From a virus: DNA of 64,000 nt. This document shows positions 1 through 9,370 of this stretch, piece after piece. The notes under the pieces were generated by a model, which was not told the DNA's origin, did not search any database, and was given only the letters and a program-made list of their open reading frames with translations. The translations under genes were made by a program, and so were the position numbers. The first letter of the stretch is position 1. Every line of letters starts with the position of its first letter. The stretch spans positions 64,001 through 128,000 of IMG/VR virus record IMGVR_UViG_3300025018_000102; one strand, given 5' to 3'.

Positions 1-1375
1 TCTCATCTCCTCTATCCAGGTCTTGCACTGATGAAATGGCCCTCGTTAGTTCTCTCGTGGGCTGATCTCGGGTCTTTTTTAGTTCGTAACCAAAGATATC
101 GCTTTGGCATCTAACCACAAATTTCTTATGGCTTGGAGTAACAGTCCTGCCGGTTGAGTTGGTGTGGGGGCTTCGCACAATTTTGTCGTGGGTAACACTG
201 CACTTCTTTCCTAAAGACATCAGTAAGTAATGTATGCCTACTGCCAAAGGTCTGCTAACGGTGATGAAATTAACTGACTTAGCCCTACCGTGATCTCTGT
301 GTCCATCTCCTAGGAAATGCCCAAATAAGAATGCCTCCCTAACGGATGGAGTGGAGTTCCACACGAAATCAGGCACTCTCTTAGAGTCTGCTTTACCTCC
401 TACCCTAAGAACGTCTTGAAAAAAGTGGTAAACAAGTCTCTCTCGCCATAGCATCTGTATGGAATTTTCCGTTATAGGAGGAAGGTCTATTTGCTGCAAG
501 GCTTTTCGGACAAATTCTCTTATTTTTGCCTTGTCGCTAAATCCTTCCCGAGTATCCAGAGGACAGTCCTCCATAGCTGCGATGGAACTTTGGGCGACAG
601 TTGCCCGACTGTGGGTACACCCCTCCGCTACGAAGACACCCGCAAGGAGGGCCAGATCCTCTGTTACTGCCATCTTAATCGGAAGACTTCCCCCGTTGCT
701 CCGACGCCAAGTGAGTCGGGGGACTACCCCAATACGTTCAAGATAGTCATAGTCTTCACAAGAAGATTCTTTTCTCGCTAGTGTTTTCTTTCCCGTGTTG
801 TGCGTGCAAGAAAGGTACTTCTCACAGTCTGCTCTGGCCTGGTCAAGATCCTCCCAACGGGCTTCTACCCAGGCTTGTCGACGAGCGTTAGTCTCCTTAC
901 TGGACCCTCGTTGGCCGTCCAGCCACTTCAACGCCCCCTTACAAGATGAGCGAACGCTTTTGAGGTGATAGGGACGGGCGCCCATAACTTCCACTTGTAC
1001 ATTAGACAGCGGCAGGAGATCTTTGGCAAGGTCTAGGAACTGGATTTCCCCGTCAAGTTCGCAGGATAGAGCTGCGTGAATGTTGCCTCCCTCGCGCGGA
1101 AGTGTAGGGGCATAGTCGTCCCCAATAAGCGCATGGTTTTCCGTAGTAACGACATTTACGCCACTGCGTAGCCTTGTCTCTACCAACGGTACCCCGTTAC
1201 GGGGATGGGCCACTACGCCTGTAACGGGCTGCCAACAATCTTTACCGTCGGCATTGCGAGTCCAGCACTCGTACTCGTGCTCCGCGTACAGGTTGTCTAC
1301 AAAATCTCCTATCTCTACAAGTTCGACTCTTGTATTCAGGTGGCGGACTAGTACAAGTTCCTCATAAGGCAGCGA
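1..1375 (-). mobile_element. Intein 2 in helicase (Ser-initiated, LAGLIDADG endonuclease), truncated by the window edge
   Basis: Begins SLPYEELVLVR after VLVSS. Block B is VTTENHAL. Endonuclease motifs are LLAGVFVAEG and AFLFGHFLGDG, and block H is TVSRPLAVGIHYLLMSLG. Confidence 0.85.
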
Positions 1376-3556
1376 GGAGGAAACTAGGACAGGCACTTCT
1401 CTGTTGGAGAAATCCTCGATGGCTTTGGCCCGTACTTCTCCGGTCTCCTTCCCAGATATGAACTGGTGAGGAATGAAGCGGCCATCCACTTTGGTCCATA
1501 AATCGTCATCGATTCGTTTTCCATGGGCGATCTCCTCGACCAGGACTAGCGTGCTCAGGCCCAGATCAGTAAGCACTTTCACCCACTCAAGAACCTTCTC
1601 ATGCTGCTGGGCGTTCTGTGAGGTGCCCTCTTTGTACACTGTCTGATAGGGGAGTCGAGTGGGGAGCAAAGGCTCCGTGACCGCGTCAAAGATGATGTCG
1701 GCCTTGGGAATGACGAACAGGTCCACCAGCTGGGCGTTGGTGATTTCAAAAACGATCTCGCCCGTGGTACCGATGAGGCGCATGTTGGCCCCATCCGTGC
1801 GGTCGACTGGGGTTCCGCTCATAGCGAACCGATAGAACGCGGGGCAAGACATCATGACAGAGTGCCACGTGTCGCTTCCTGCGTTGTGGCACTCGTCTGC
1901 AAACATGACGTCTACGGACTCCAAGAACTCCTTGCAGTACTTCTCCTTGCGGCGGGATACGAGCGTATCCGGGGACACAATAGTGACGAGCGTGCCAGGC
2001 TCCCACACCCCGTCGCCGATGACGCCAATCTCCTTGTCACCAAGCCCCATCAACTCTTTGAAACTCTTGCGGGCTTGGTAGATCAGCTCCTTGGTGGACA
2101 CCATGTACATGGTTGGGAGGCCTAGGTACTTGATGTACGCAATGGCGATGAAGGTATTGTGAGTAACTGTGTAGTCCTCAAGAAGAAATCTTCCGTCACC
2201 ATCCAGGGTGAACCCATAGTAGGTGCCCTCTCCTATCTCCTCGACTGAGAAACTCGTTCTGGAACTATGAGAATGAGTGAGAGTGCACTGCTTTCGTTTT
2301 AGCTTGCAAGGAGGCTTTTCCCCTCTAGGGGCCCCCAAGTACAATCGCCAATAAGTTGTCCCTCTCACAACCTTAGCCACAGGTAGCGCGCAGCCCCACC
2401 CAAGAGATCTGACTAGAGAGTATATTTTGTCAATATAATCTCGGCTCTTTTGGGTTATTGAGTATCCTTTACCATCATAGTGCCCGTCACTATCGATCAG
2501 CCCAGCTAGAAACTCCATCCTCTTTTCTTTGGAATTGATCAAAAAAGGAGTCCAGTCAGATACAGAGGATCTCAGGGCTTCCAGGAGGGGGTTCGGCTGG
2601 CCACGTGCAGTCGTGAGCGCCCATGTGTGTATGTGTTCCTTGCCCTCTCTGTTCTCTCTGTCCGAGATGTTTGTTTCCCACAAATCCGCGGTACGCCTAA
2701 GTAGTTCCGTCGTCTCCTTATCTACGGTAGTAATGTGGAACACAGCAGGTCTCGAATGCTTGTCAAGAGATTTTGTGCCGTCTCCTACCCACATCCCAAA
2801 GAGATACGGGTCTAGCGGGGTTGAGCACTCAGGGTAGTCAACAGCTACTGAAAAGTGCTTGTACCTATGCTTGAAATCACTAGACTTTTCTAAGTACTTA
2901 TTGAGCGGAATATCGACGACTTCGTTTTGCGTGAGGGCAGTACTAGTATCCTGTAGTGTCAAGACGTGTGCGTCGTTGCACACGTAACTCATCCCCTTTC
3001 TCTGAGAGATCCTGAATAGGGGCCCAACCCCCACACAAGTGCTCATGACCCGCCTGGGTTTGGAGTCCGGCCCCATAAGAAGATCTCCCTCCACTATGTC
3101 TTGCACCGCCTTCACAGTGCCGTCAAACATTCTAATCGGGGTATCCTCTCCAAGACACTTTCCAGCACCGGTCGCCGCCTTCACGATGCCTTGCTTGGCC
3201 CGGATCATGGCGTCCACGCAGTCCTGCTGATACGAGTACTTGCCCGTCATCTGCACGCCAATGAGCGGCTCCGTGTCTCGCTTAGGCTCTGGCTCTTCGG
3301 AGAAGTCAAATAGGTGTACTGTGTGGCCTTCCTCCTCGAGTCCAGCCTTTACGTACTCTGTGAGCCCTGTGGGAAACTTCTGGCTTCGCTTGTCGAATAG
3401 GTGCTTCCGGCCATCCCACTGACCCTTGCGGTACGACGGGCTGAACTCTGCACCCTCCACAGGGTAGGAGGTCAGTTCTCGCACGAGTGCAAGAGGGAAG
3501 GGCCCCTTGATCTTGGCCATGGGGCCAAATCGATAGATCTCAATCGCTTCAGTCAT
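1..3556 (-). CDS. Superfamily 2 (UvsW-like) DNA helicase with two inteins; 3' end lies outside the window
   Basis: Absent from the ORF track. Hand translation from ATG at 3556 gives MTEAIEIYRF...WDGRKHLF...AATGAGK (Walker A), DECH (motif II), SGT (motif III) and VLVSS (motif V region). The frame stays open to position 1. Confidence 0.92.
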   Translation of the reverse strand, partial: MTEAIEIYRFGPMAKIKGPFPLALVRELTSYPVEGAEFSPSYRKGQWDGRKHLFDKRSQKFPTGLTEYVKAGLEEEGHTVHLFDFSEEPEPKRDTEPLIGVQMTGKYSYQQDCVDAMIRAKQGIVKAATGAGKCLGEDTPIRMFDGTVKAVQDIVEGDLLMGPDSKPRRVMSTCVGVGPLFRISQRKGMSYVCNDAHVLTLQDTSTALTQNEVVDIPLNKYLEKSSDFKHRYKHFSVAVDYPECSTPLDPYLFGMWVGDGTKSLDKHSRPAVFHITTVDKETTELLRRTADLWETNISDRENREGKEHIHTWALTTARGQPNPLLEALRSSVSDWTPFLINSKEKRMEFLAGLIDSDGHYDGKGYSITQKSRDYIDKIYSLVRSLGWGCALPVAKVVRGTTYWRLYLGAPRGEKPPCKLKRKQCTLTHSHSSRTSFSVEEIGEGTYYGFTLDGDGRFLLEDYTVTHNTFIAIAYIKYLGLPTMYMVSTKELIYQARKSFKELMGLGDKEIGVIGDGVWEPGTLVTIVSPDTLVSRRKEKYCKEFLESVDVMFADECHNAGSDTWHSVMMSCPAFYRFAMSGTPVDRTDGANMRLIGTTGEIVFEITNAQLVDLFVIPKADIIFDAVTEPLLPTRLPYQTVYKEGTSQNAQQHEKVLEWVKVLTDLGLSTLVLVEEIAHGKRIDDDLWTKVDGRFIPHQFISGKETGEVRAKAIEDFSNREVPVLVSSSLPYEELVLVRHLNTRVELVEIGDFVDNLYAEHEYECWTRNADGKDCWQPVTGVVAHPRNGVPLVETRLRSGVNVVTTENHALIGDDYAPTLPREGGNIHAALSCELDGEIQFLDLAKDLLPLSNVQVEVMGARPYHLKSVRSSCKGALKWLDGQRGSSKETNARRQAWVEARWEDLDQARADCEKYLSCTHNTGKKTLARKESSCEDYDYLERIGVVPRLTWRRSNGGSLPIKMAVTEDLALLAGVFVAEGCTHSRATVAQSSIAAMEDCPLDTREGFSDKAKIREFVRKALQQIDLPPITENSIQMLWRERLVYHFFQDVLRVGGKADSKRVPDFVWNSTPSVREAFLFGHFLGDGHRDHGRAKSVNFITVSRPLAVGIHYLLMSLGKKCSVTHDKIVRSPHTNSTGRTVTPSHKKFVVRCQSDIFGYELKKTRDQPTRELTRAISSVQDLDRGDE
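2156..3157 (-). mobile_element. Intein 1 in helicase Walker A (334 aa, LAGLIDADG endonuclease)
   Basis: Runs GAGK|CLGEDTPIRMFDG ... YYGFTLDGDGRFLLEDYTVTHN|T. Internal motifs are YLFGMWVGDG and FLAGLIDSDG. Splicing restores GAGKT. Confidence 0.95.
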
Positions 3557-4034
3557 CTAGTTTCTTTATCAGCGAGCTGGCCGGAAGCAGCCCTTGTCCC
3601 ACATTCTTCAGGTAGAAGTCAGTACCCGGAGTCCACTCGTGCACGTCACCTTCAGTCATGAACTTCTTGAATGCCCACGGGTTGCACACAATGACTCGAG
3701 GCTCCTTCATGGATCGCCAGAACACGCCAGCTTGTATGGACTCTTTCCGATTCTGAGCCCTGAAGTACAAGTAGAGCAGTTCCGAGTCTGGAATGACCTC
3801 ATCAAAAATCTGGTGCACCCTGTGCGCGAGGATGGTCATGCAGTTCTGGTTGCGGTGACACGGCCCACTGAGGCACAAAAGCTCTCCTAGTTGTGGTTCG
3901 CCCTCAATGAGCAATGAGCACTCAGGGTACACATCCTTGAGGCGCATGAAGGCCGTCTTGCCTTGAAAGACGACGTAGTATGCGCTATTGGGGGATGTGC
4001 TCATTGTCTCTACGTAATATGAGAATAGCCTCAT
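3549..4034 (-). CDS. Hypothetical protein
   Basis: 161-aa ORF whose stop overlaps the helicase start (ATGACTGA). The true start may be MSTS at 4004. Confidence 0.7.
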   Translation of the reverse strand: MRLFSYYVETMSTSPNSAYYVVFQGKTAFMRLKDVYPECSLLIEGEPQLGELLCLSGPCHRNQNCMTILAHRVHQIFDEVIPDSELLYLYFRAQNRKESIQAGVFWRSMKEPRVIVCNPWAFKKFMTEGDVHEWTPGTDFYLKNVGQGLLPASSLIKKLDD

Positions 4035-4365
4035 TCACGTCGTCCACAAACATTATGTTGGTGCCGGATACTACTGGGTACATGAAGTACGTCTCGTTGA
4101 CGTCTTCAGTCTCGAATCGAGCATCCCAGTAGTGGTAGTCCTCAAACCGGTGAACGTCCGCAATGATGCGCCACTTTCCTAGGTGATCTTCGTCTTTGCT
4201 CCATACCACCAAGTTGACGTCGCACTCAGCGTAGTACCAAGTTGCCTCAAGATCTACGGTAACTTCGAAGTCTCGAAGGTCGATGGGCTCTTGAGAGGGA
4301 GTGTGCGACAGAGCGCGGTCCTGGTCGTCTTCTTCCAGGGTGGAAAGAAAATAACTCTCCATCAC
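3985..4365 (-). CDS. Hypothetical acidic protein
   Basis: 126-aa ORF coupled to the endolysin stop. Confidence 0.7.
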   Translation of the reverse strand: MMESYFLSTLEEDDQDRALSHTPSQEPIDLRDFEVTVDLEATWYYAECDVNLVVWSKDEDHLGKWRIIADVHRFEDYHYWDARFETEDVNETYFMYPVVSGTNIMFVDDVNEAILILRRDNEHIPQ

Positions 4366-5228
4366 TCGGCCTCAACAAGCCCACGGAGTCGCTCCAACTC
4401 CATAGCCATGGTATCTATGGCAGACAACTTGGCGCTCTTGTAGTCCGGTTTCGTCTCTGAGACTGGATGAGCAGCCACTCGAGAGCCTTGGCAAAATGCG
4501 ATGAGTTCGGTGCCATCCCCGGCGAAGAAGTTGCAATCGATGGGCTTATCGTACCCAGCCACTTTCCCCTCGCCAGTGAACTGCCAAATCGTGGGCGTAG
4601 TCCACGGAAAAGGATTGCCGGCCTTGTCTGCGGGCAGCCTGGGCCGTGAGGTGTGGACATTTTTGGTGTAAGACGGGGTCCACAGGGGGTACTTGGCATA
4701 CTCAGCTGCAAACTCAGGCTCGGCTTGGCTCATCCACCAGTGAAACGTCTGCCCCGTGTACAGCATTGGGCGAACTCCCCATATAGACTCTAGACTCACA
4801 AGGCACTCAAGAAGTTCCTCGTGAACTTGGTGAATGGGCATCACCTTGCCAGAGCCGTTGTATACTCCCCCAGGCAGGTTCAAACTGGCTCCGTCCTCAA
4901 AGTCAACTGCAGGAGGAAGGTGAAGACCTGGCTTGTATCCTGCGCTGGAGAGAAGTTTAGACATTGACTCGGCCTGCGAGTGCCCGTCTCGGTCGGCTCG
5001 AAAGTAGTGGTAAGATCCCGGAATAACACCATCATGGGCCTCGGTCTCTTGGAAGAACTTCTTGAAGGTAGGATCTGTGTCCTTTCCATCGCCGGTTCTG
5101 GCTATACAGAACTGTAAGGAGGCATTGCTCTCAAACACCTGCTTCAGGTCGATGCCCATCTGCCACTTGGACACGTCGATGCCTAGGGTGCGGCCCTTAC
5201 TGAACTCTACTGCTACTCTTTTTGCCAT
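4362..5228 (-). CDS. Endolysin, glycoside hydrolase family 25 (muramidase)
   Basis: GIDVSKWQ, GSYHYF, PPAVDFE (DxE catalytic pair), LW-x-P-x-Y, IWQFT and IDCN are GH25 signature motifs. Confidence 0.93.
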   Translation of the reverse strand: MAKRVAVEFSKGRTLGIDVSKWQMGIDLKQVFESNASLQFCIARTGDGKDTDPTFKKFFQETEAHDGVIPGSYHYFRADRDGHSQAESMSKLLSSAGYKPGLHLPPAVDFEDGASLNLPGGVYNGSGKVMPIHQVHEELLECLVSLESIWGVRPMLYTGQTFHWWMSQAEPEFAAEYAKYPLWTPSYTKNVHTSRPRLPADKAGNPFPWTTPTIWQFTGEGKVAGYDKPIDCNFFAGDGTELIAFCQGSRVAAHPVSETKPDYKSAKLSAIDTMAMELERLRGLVEAE

Positions 5229-5699
5229 TTAGTCTCCAGTAACGGAAATCGTTACAACGATAGACACTATAGCGACGGCCAACGCAGACGCAAGCCCCCA
5301 TCCGAGCCATTTTGATATCTCGGGCTTGTTTTCGGCTTCTAGGCGAAGTCGGTTCTCCTCAACCCATTGGGCCTCTAGACGATTCCGCTCAGACTGTAGT
5401 ATGTCGATGTCAGCCAGGGAAGAGTCATAAGCCTGGCTCAGGAGCCCACGTGCGCGCTCTGACAGCTCGAGAGAGCGCTCCAAGTTGGCTACTAGGGCAC
5501 GAGTGGCCACGAGGTCGAAATCGAGCACTAGGAGGCTCCTGAAGCCTCCTAGGTCGAATGCCTCATATCGGACTCCATCAATCTGGGTCGTTCGGTGCTC
5601 CGGGAAGTCCGGGCTCGGTTGGGCGTAGGTAGGCGTCGATATCATCCCAAGAAGTGAGACTATCAAGGCGAGCACGGCTCTCTTGGTACTTTTCAGCAT
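5229..5699 (-). CDS. Exported coiled-coil protein with C-terminal TM helix (spanin-like candidate)
   Basis: N-terminal signal peptide (TYA|Q), heptad-rich centre, C-terminal hydrophobic helix and no Cys. Abuts the endolysin. Confidence 0.6.
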   Translation of the reverse strand: MLKSTKRAVLALIVSLLGMISTPTYAQPSPDFPEHRTTQIDGVRYEAFDLGGFRSLLVLDFDLVATRALVANLERSLELSERARGLLSQAYDSSLADIDILQSERNRLEAQWVEENRLRLEAENKPEISKWLGWGLASALAVAIVSIVVTISVTGD

Positions 5700-6024
5700 A
5701 GGATTCTCTTTCTCTCTTTAGGGCCTCAAGCTCCTGTTCCAGGATATGGGCGTCAAGAACTAGATCGCTGCGCATCTCTGCGTGCTCTTCCAGGTCCGCG
5801 TCCACCTTAGCACGCTTTAGTGCCTCTTCGGCAAGTGCTTCCTTGTGTAGCAACTCGGCCATCTTGCGGCCGCGCCGCCAAGCCATGAAGCCAAAGACGG
5901 CTGTGAGGATGAGCACAAGCACTCCAGCAACCAGTCCGCCCACCCAGTTCCTGCCCGGAGTCTCCTTGTCCTTTTGGTTTCCTGACTGTACTAGCTTTTC
6001 TAGGGGGTTTGTACTCTCGTCCAT
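5578..6024 (-). CDS. N-terminally anchored coiled-coil membrane protein (i-spanin-like candidate)
   Basis: TM segment WVGGLVAGVLVLILTAVFGFMAW followed by a charged helical region. Overlaps the next gene by 122 nt. Confidence 0.6.
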   Translation of the reverse strand: MDESTNPLEKLVQSGNQKDKETPGRNWVGGLVAGVLVLILTAVFGFMAWRRGRKMAELLHKEALAEEALKRAKVDADLEEHAEMRSDLVLDAHILEQELEALKRERESYAEKYQESRARLDSLTSWDDIDAYLRPTEPGLPGAPNDPD

Positions 6025-6215
6025 CTTTTTTCAACTTTCTGCACGTGGTCCACCCTTGACACTCTAATAGAATATTCCCATAAAGATCCAGCCTTCATGA
6101 TGCAGGGGAAATCAGGAGCCTGAAGGAGCCAAAGGGCTCAAGGAGCCTGAAAAGGCTTCTTAGTGGGATAGATGATCTTAGTGTGGCTAACTCCTGAGTT
6201 ATGGCTATGAGGATA

Positions 6216-7064
6216 TTAGATGAACACTCGAAGCGCCAGAATATCCCACTGGGTCGGCGCGGGTCCGCCCGTCTGCGTTAGTATTCCGATTCCCCACCGA
6301 TCGAGCGCGAGCGGATCCCACGTTGCGCCCATCACGGAAGAGTTGCCAAGTTCGTATTGCGCGCCGCCTCGATCGGTTATGTTCGCGCCCGTGCGTCGGA
6401 TCGTTCCGGCGATTTCGCTCGTTGCGTTGTATCCGCTGACAATCGCCGTGACGATCGGCGGCGCCGCGACCGGCTTTGTTGCGATGGCTTGATAGCGCGT
6501 GAGTTTGTTCGCCGCCACGCCGAACGCGTTCGACTCGACTACTCCGTTGTTTATCATTGCGCTAGAGGAGTTTCCGTTGACTGAGCACGCTTGAATGAAC
6601 CCGTGAAAGTTGACCGCGCTATCATCGCAAAGCATCGCGATCCCGCCGCGCGTCGCGCTGCTGGTTCCCGCCGCGTTCCCGCTCACAACCTCAATCAAAT
6701 GATCGCGCGACTCTCCGACAAACGGCAACGGGTCAACGGCTAGAATCACATCCTGGACACCCGATCCGCCCGCGGACGAATAGCGCAACACGTTCCCCAT
6801 TGGAGTTGACGCAACGGACAAGGCGCCAGGCGATCCGCTCGTTGCGCTGAAGAACGCAGAAACGTTTTCAAACTGCGACGTGTCCACGCCGTTCCATTCG
6901 AAGACCAGCGATCCAAGCGGACCAGGGGGAGAAAGAGTGGCAATATCCGCAGCAGTTGTCTTGCCCGTGGTAGTCCCAGCAGCGTTTTCTACTATGAGCA
7001 CGCTGTCGCCAGCGAGGGCTTGTGTGGGAAGCGATGCTATCTTTACTTTAGGTATTTCAGCCAT
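6216..7064 (-). CDS. Putative tail fibre / receptor-binding protein
   Basis: N-terminal KIASLP...GD..LIV....T.KTT motif typical of phage fibre proteins, followed by a beta-rich domain. Lies in the fibre cluster. Confidence 0.6.
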   Translation of the reverse strand: MAEIPKVKIASLPTQALAGDSVLIVENAAGTTTGKTTAADIATLSPPGPLGSLVFEWNGVDTSQFENVSAFFSATSGSPGALSVASTPMGNVLRYSSAGGSGVQDVILAVDPLPFVGESRDHLIEVVSGNAAGTSSATRGGIAMLCDDSAVNFHGFIQACSVNGNSSSAMINNGVVESNAFGVAANKLTRYQAIATKPVAAPPIVTAIVSGYNATSEIAGTIRRTGANITDRGGAQYELGNSSVMGATWDPLALDRWGIGILTQTGGPAPTQWDILALRVFI

Positions 7065-7073
7065 TGTATTCTC

Positions 7074-7697
7074 TTAGTTCGGTATAATCAGGAAGCCATT
7101 AGCGGTCTCAATGAATGCCCCACTTGCTGCAGCGAGGAGTGGGGGCTCGAGCGCATCAGGAATGATAAGTTCTCTTAGGGATCCACCAATCCGGTCATCC
7201 TCCAGGCCGAGTGCGACCAACAGGGCTCGCGCATTTGCTCCTGGGCGAGTGTCGATGTGGGAGGGTGCATCAGCTAGGATATTGTCCACTTTCGTTCTAC
7301 GGGCCGTGGCATCCAGAGCCCTCTCAGCCACAATCGTGCCATCAGCGGCCCGGATGTTGGTGATGGTGATGCGATAGGATTGCCCAGGAGCATGGTACTT
7401 AGTGAGCAGTTCTACGTACCTGGTAGACACGAGGTTGCTTTGCACGGAGTCACTCTCTGCCTTAGGCACGGCAGGGAAGACCTTGATTGTGTCAACGTCC
7501 GTGAAGCCCAGGTTGTCAGCGAACTCTATTACGTAGTTGTTTGGGTCAAGCAGGTTGTCGTCTACGACTACGTCTCCACTAAACACAACTCTGATCTTAT
7601 TGGCGTCTAGAACGTCAATAGACTCAACAGTTGAAGAGGATGGATCTGTACCGTAAACGGTGGATGAACCATACTCAAATGTGCCAAATACTGCCAT
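7074..7697 (-). CDS. Putative virion structural protein (Ig-like fold, fibre attachment)
   Basis: Beta-rich 207-aa ORF (KIRVVFS...NNYVI...YRITITNI) in the tail fibre cluster. Confidence 0.55.
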   Translation of the reverse strand: MAVFGTFEYGSSTVYGTDPSSSTVESIDVLDANKIRVVFSGDVVVDDNLLDPNNYVIEFADNLGFTDVDTIKVFPAVPKAESDSVQSNLVSTRYVELLTKYHAPGQSYRITITNIRAADGTIVAERALDATARRTKVDNILADAPSHIDTRPGANARALLVALGLEDDRIGGSLRELIIPDALEPPLLAAASGAFIETANGFLIIPN

Positions 7698-7744
7698 TGT
7701 TTACATTACCCGATCACCGATCCATAAGTCGCAGAGACCAAACG

Positions 7745-9367
7745 TCACGCGAGCGCCGTCCCGTACTCGACGTGATGCCGGCAGCCATGCACAAGCGCGA
7801 GTGTTGGTGTGAACGCGGTGCGAGCGATGAACCACTCGCCCACACGCATTTGCAGTCCGAGTGTCCCGCCTATGTACGCTAGGATGGAGTGATCGCCACC
7901 GTCTGCCCATGTGATCGTCGCCGCCGGTGCATCTTCGTCTTCGAGACGTCCGCCGCGATAGCCGCGCTGTGTCACTCCGCTTTCAAACGTACCAACCATC
8001 GAAGTGGGTATCTCGAGAGGCACGGACGTTCCGGTAAACGTCGTGTCCGCTCCGTTCTGTAGCGCGGTGTTTCCCGCGCTGCCCGGGGTGTAAATGCGAG
8101 GCTGTCCCGAGTTTGCTGCGAGGCAGAGTATTCTCGCATTAGAGGAATAGGCTATGATCTCCATCGCAAAGCCCATAGCGTGCTCATCGCTAGCACCACC
8201 AAGATCAAAGGCAGTCTTGAGTAGGTAGCGAAGCCCGTCGTCTGACTCAAGAACGCGCTTGCCATTCCAGCGCCCACCAGGATCGGTGATCACGAGCGGC
8301 TGAAACGCTGGCGTGGATTGAGACAACATGTTGCCGTTGCCGCTAAGGTCGGTCGCATCTTCTGCGAAGATGTCCGGCCCCAACACGCGTTCGGTCACGT
8401 TGCCCGATTCGGCATTGCAAAGAACGCGCAATCCTGGAATCTCAAGCGCGGTCTGGTCCACGTGCGCCCAGGTGCGCTTGAGTGCTGCACGAACTTCCGC
8501 TACCTTCACGTCGGACAAGATCCCAGGGTACAGCGCGAGGAACCTGAACTTGCCGGTCCACTCATCCGTCCCGCCACGAAAAGCTCCGACCGCCAGTTCG
8601 ACGTTGGCGGTAAGGCGGTTGTTGTATGTAACGCCCTGCTCGCTGGTGCGTTCCGCGGCGTGATAGAGCGAGCGGTTCCCGAGACCGCTTGTGCCGTTGA
8701 GACGCCAGACGCCCAGTTCCATCGCACCAGTGACGGGCGGCGCGTAGTCCCTGTAGGAAGAGTCGAAAAGCCTTAGTGAACTGGATTGATGTCGAAGCAG
8801 AATCCGCGCGGTCCCCGCCTGGTAAAAGTCGAAGATCGTTCCCGAGTCGGTCGATCCATTTGGCGTATCGAATAGTGCGACGACGGTATACTCAGAGGAT
8901 GCACACGTGACCGTTCCCGAGCCCTGAAGTCGACCCGATCCGGTGAACTCAACCGCGGCGCCTTCCGCATCGCTAACCGTGGTGATGCCCGAGCCGGTTA
9001 CCCCTTGATCCCAATTTGCGCCACCCGTTCCGCGGTTCACGATCGATGCACCAGGGCCAACGGCAGAATCCGCGGCTGAGAGCCACGCGAGCGCGCTCGA
9101 CCCGATGACCGCAGTCAGGTGGTAGCCTACATCACTGTCTAGGATCTCGATCTCGTCACCGACAAGCGTCGCGGGGATCGTGTACGTGCCCCCGCTAGTC
9201 AGTCCAGACGCGAGTTCCGACGAGTCGCTTGCGCGCTGCACGGTGTATGGAGGCGTGCCACCAGTAATCGTAAGAACGCCATCTTCGCGTTCGGTTCCAG
9301 ACACAGCGAAGGGACCCGCGACTGGTGGCGTGTATTGAAGCAGTCCTGCTAGAAGTCCTGGAAGCAT
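7745..9367 (-). CDS. Putative adhesin with two LamG/concanavalin A-like domains
   Basis: Two repeats of a W/C-L-x-A..., D-x-SGNG and F-x-G...L-Y pattern. Lies directly downstream of the fibre gene. Confidence 0.65.
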   Translation of the reverse strand: MLPGLLAGLLQYTPPVAGPFAVSGTEREDGVLTITGGTPPYTVQRASDSSELASGLTSGGTYTIPATLVGDEIEILDSDVGYHLTAVIGSSALAWLSAADSAVGPGASIVNRGTGGANWDQGVTGSGITTVSDAEGAAVEFTGSGRLQGSGTVTCASSEYTVVALFDTPNGSTDSGTIFDFYQAGTARILLRHQSSSLRLFDSSYRDYAPPVTGAMELGVWRLNGTSGLGNRSLYHAAERTSEQGVTYNNRLTANVELAVGAFRGGTDEWTGKFRFLALYPGILSDVKVAEVRAALKRTWAHVDQTALEIPGLRVLCNAESGNVTERVLGPDIFAEDATDLSGNGNMLSQSTPAFQPLVITDPGGRWNGKRVLESDDGLRYLLKTAFDLGGASDEHAMGFAMEIIAYSSNARILCLAANSGQPRIYTPGSAGNTALQNGADTTFTGTSVPLEIPTSMVGTFESGVTQRGYRGGRLEDEDAPAATITWADGGDHSILAYIGGTLGLQMRVGEWFIARTAFTPTLALVHGCRHHVEYGTALA

Positions 9368-9370
9368 CGA

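Noticed and set aside
459-3422. Apparent gene-poor region with only short ORFs
   Set aside because: It is fully occupied by the minus-strand helicase-intein frame, which lacks a stop inside the window.
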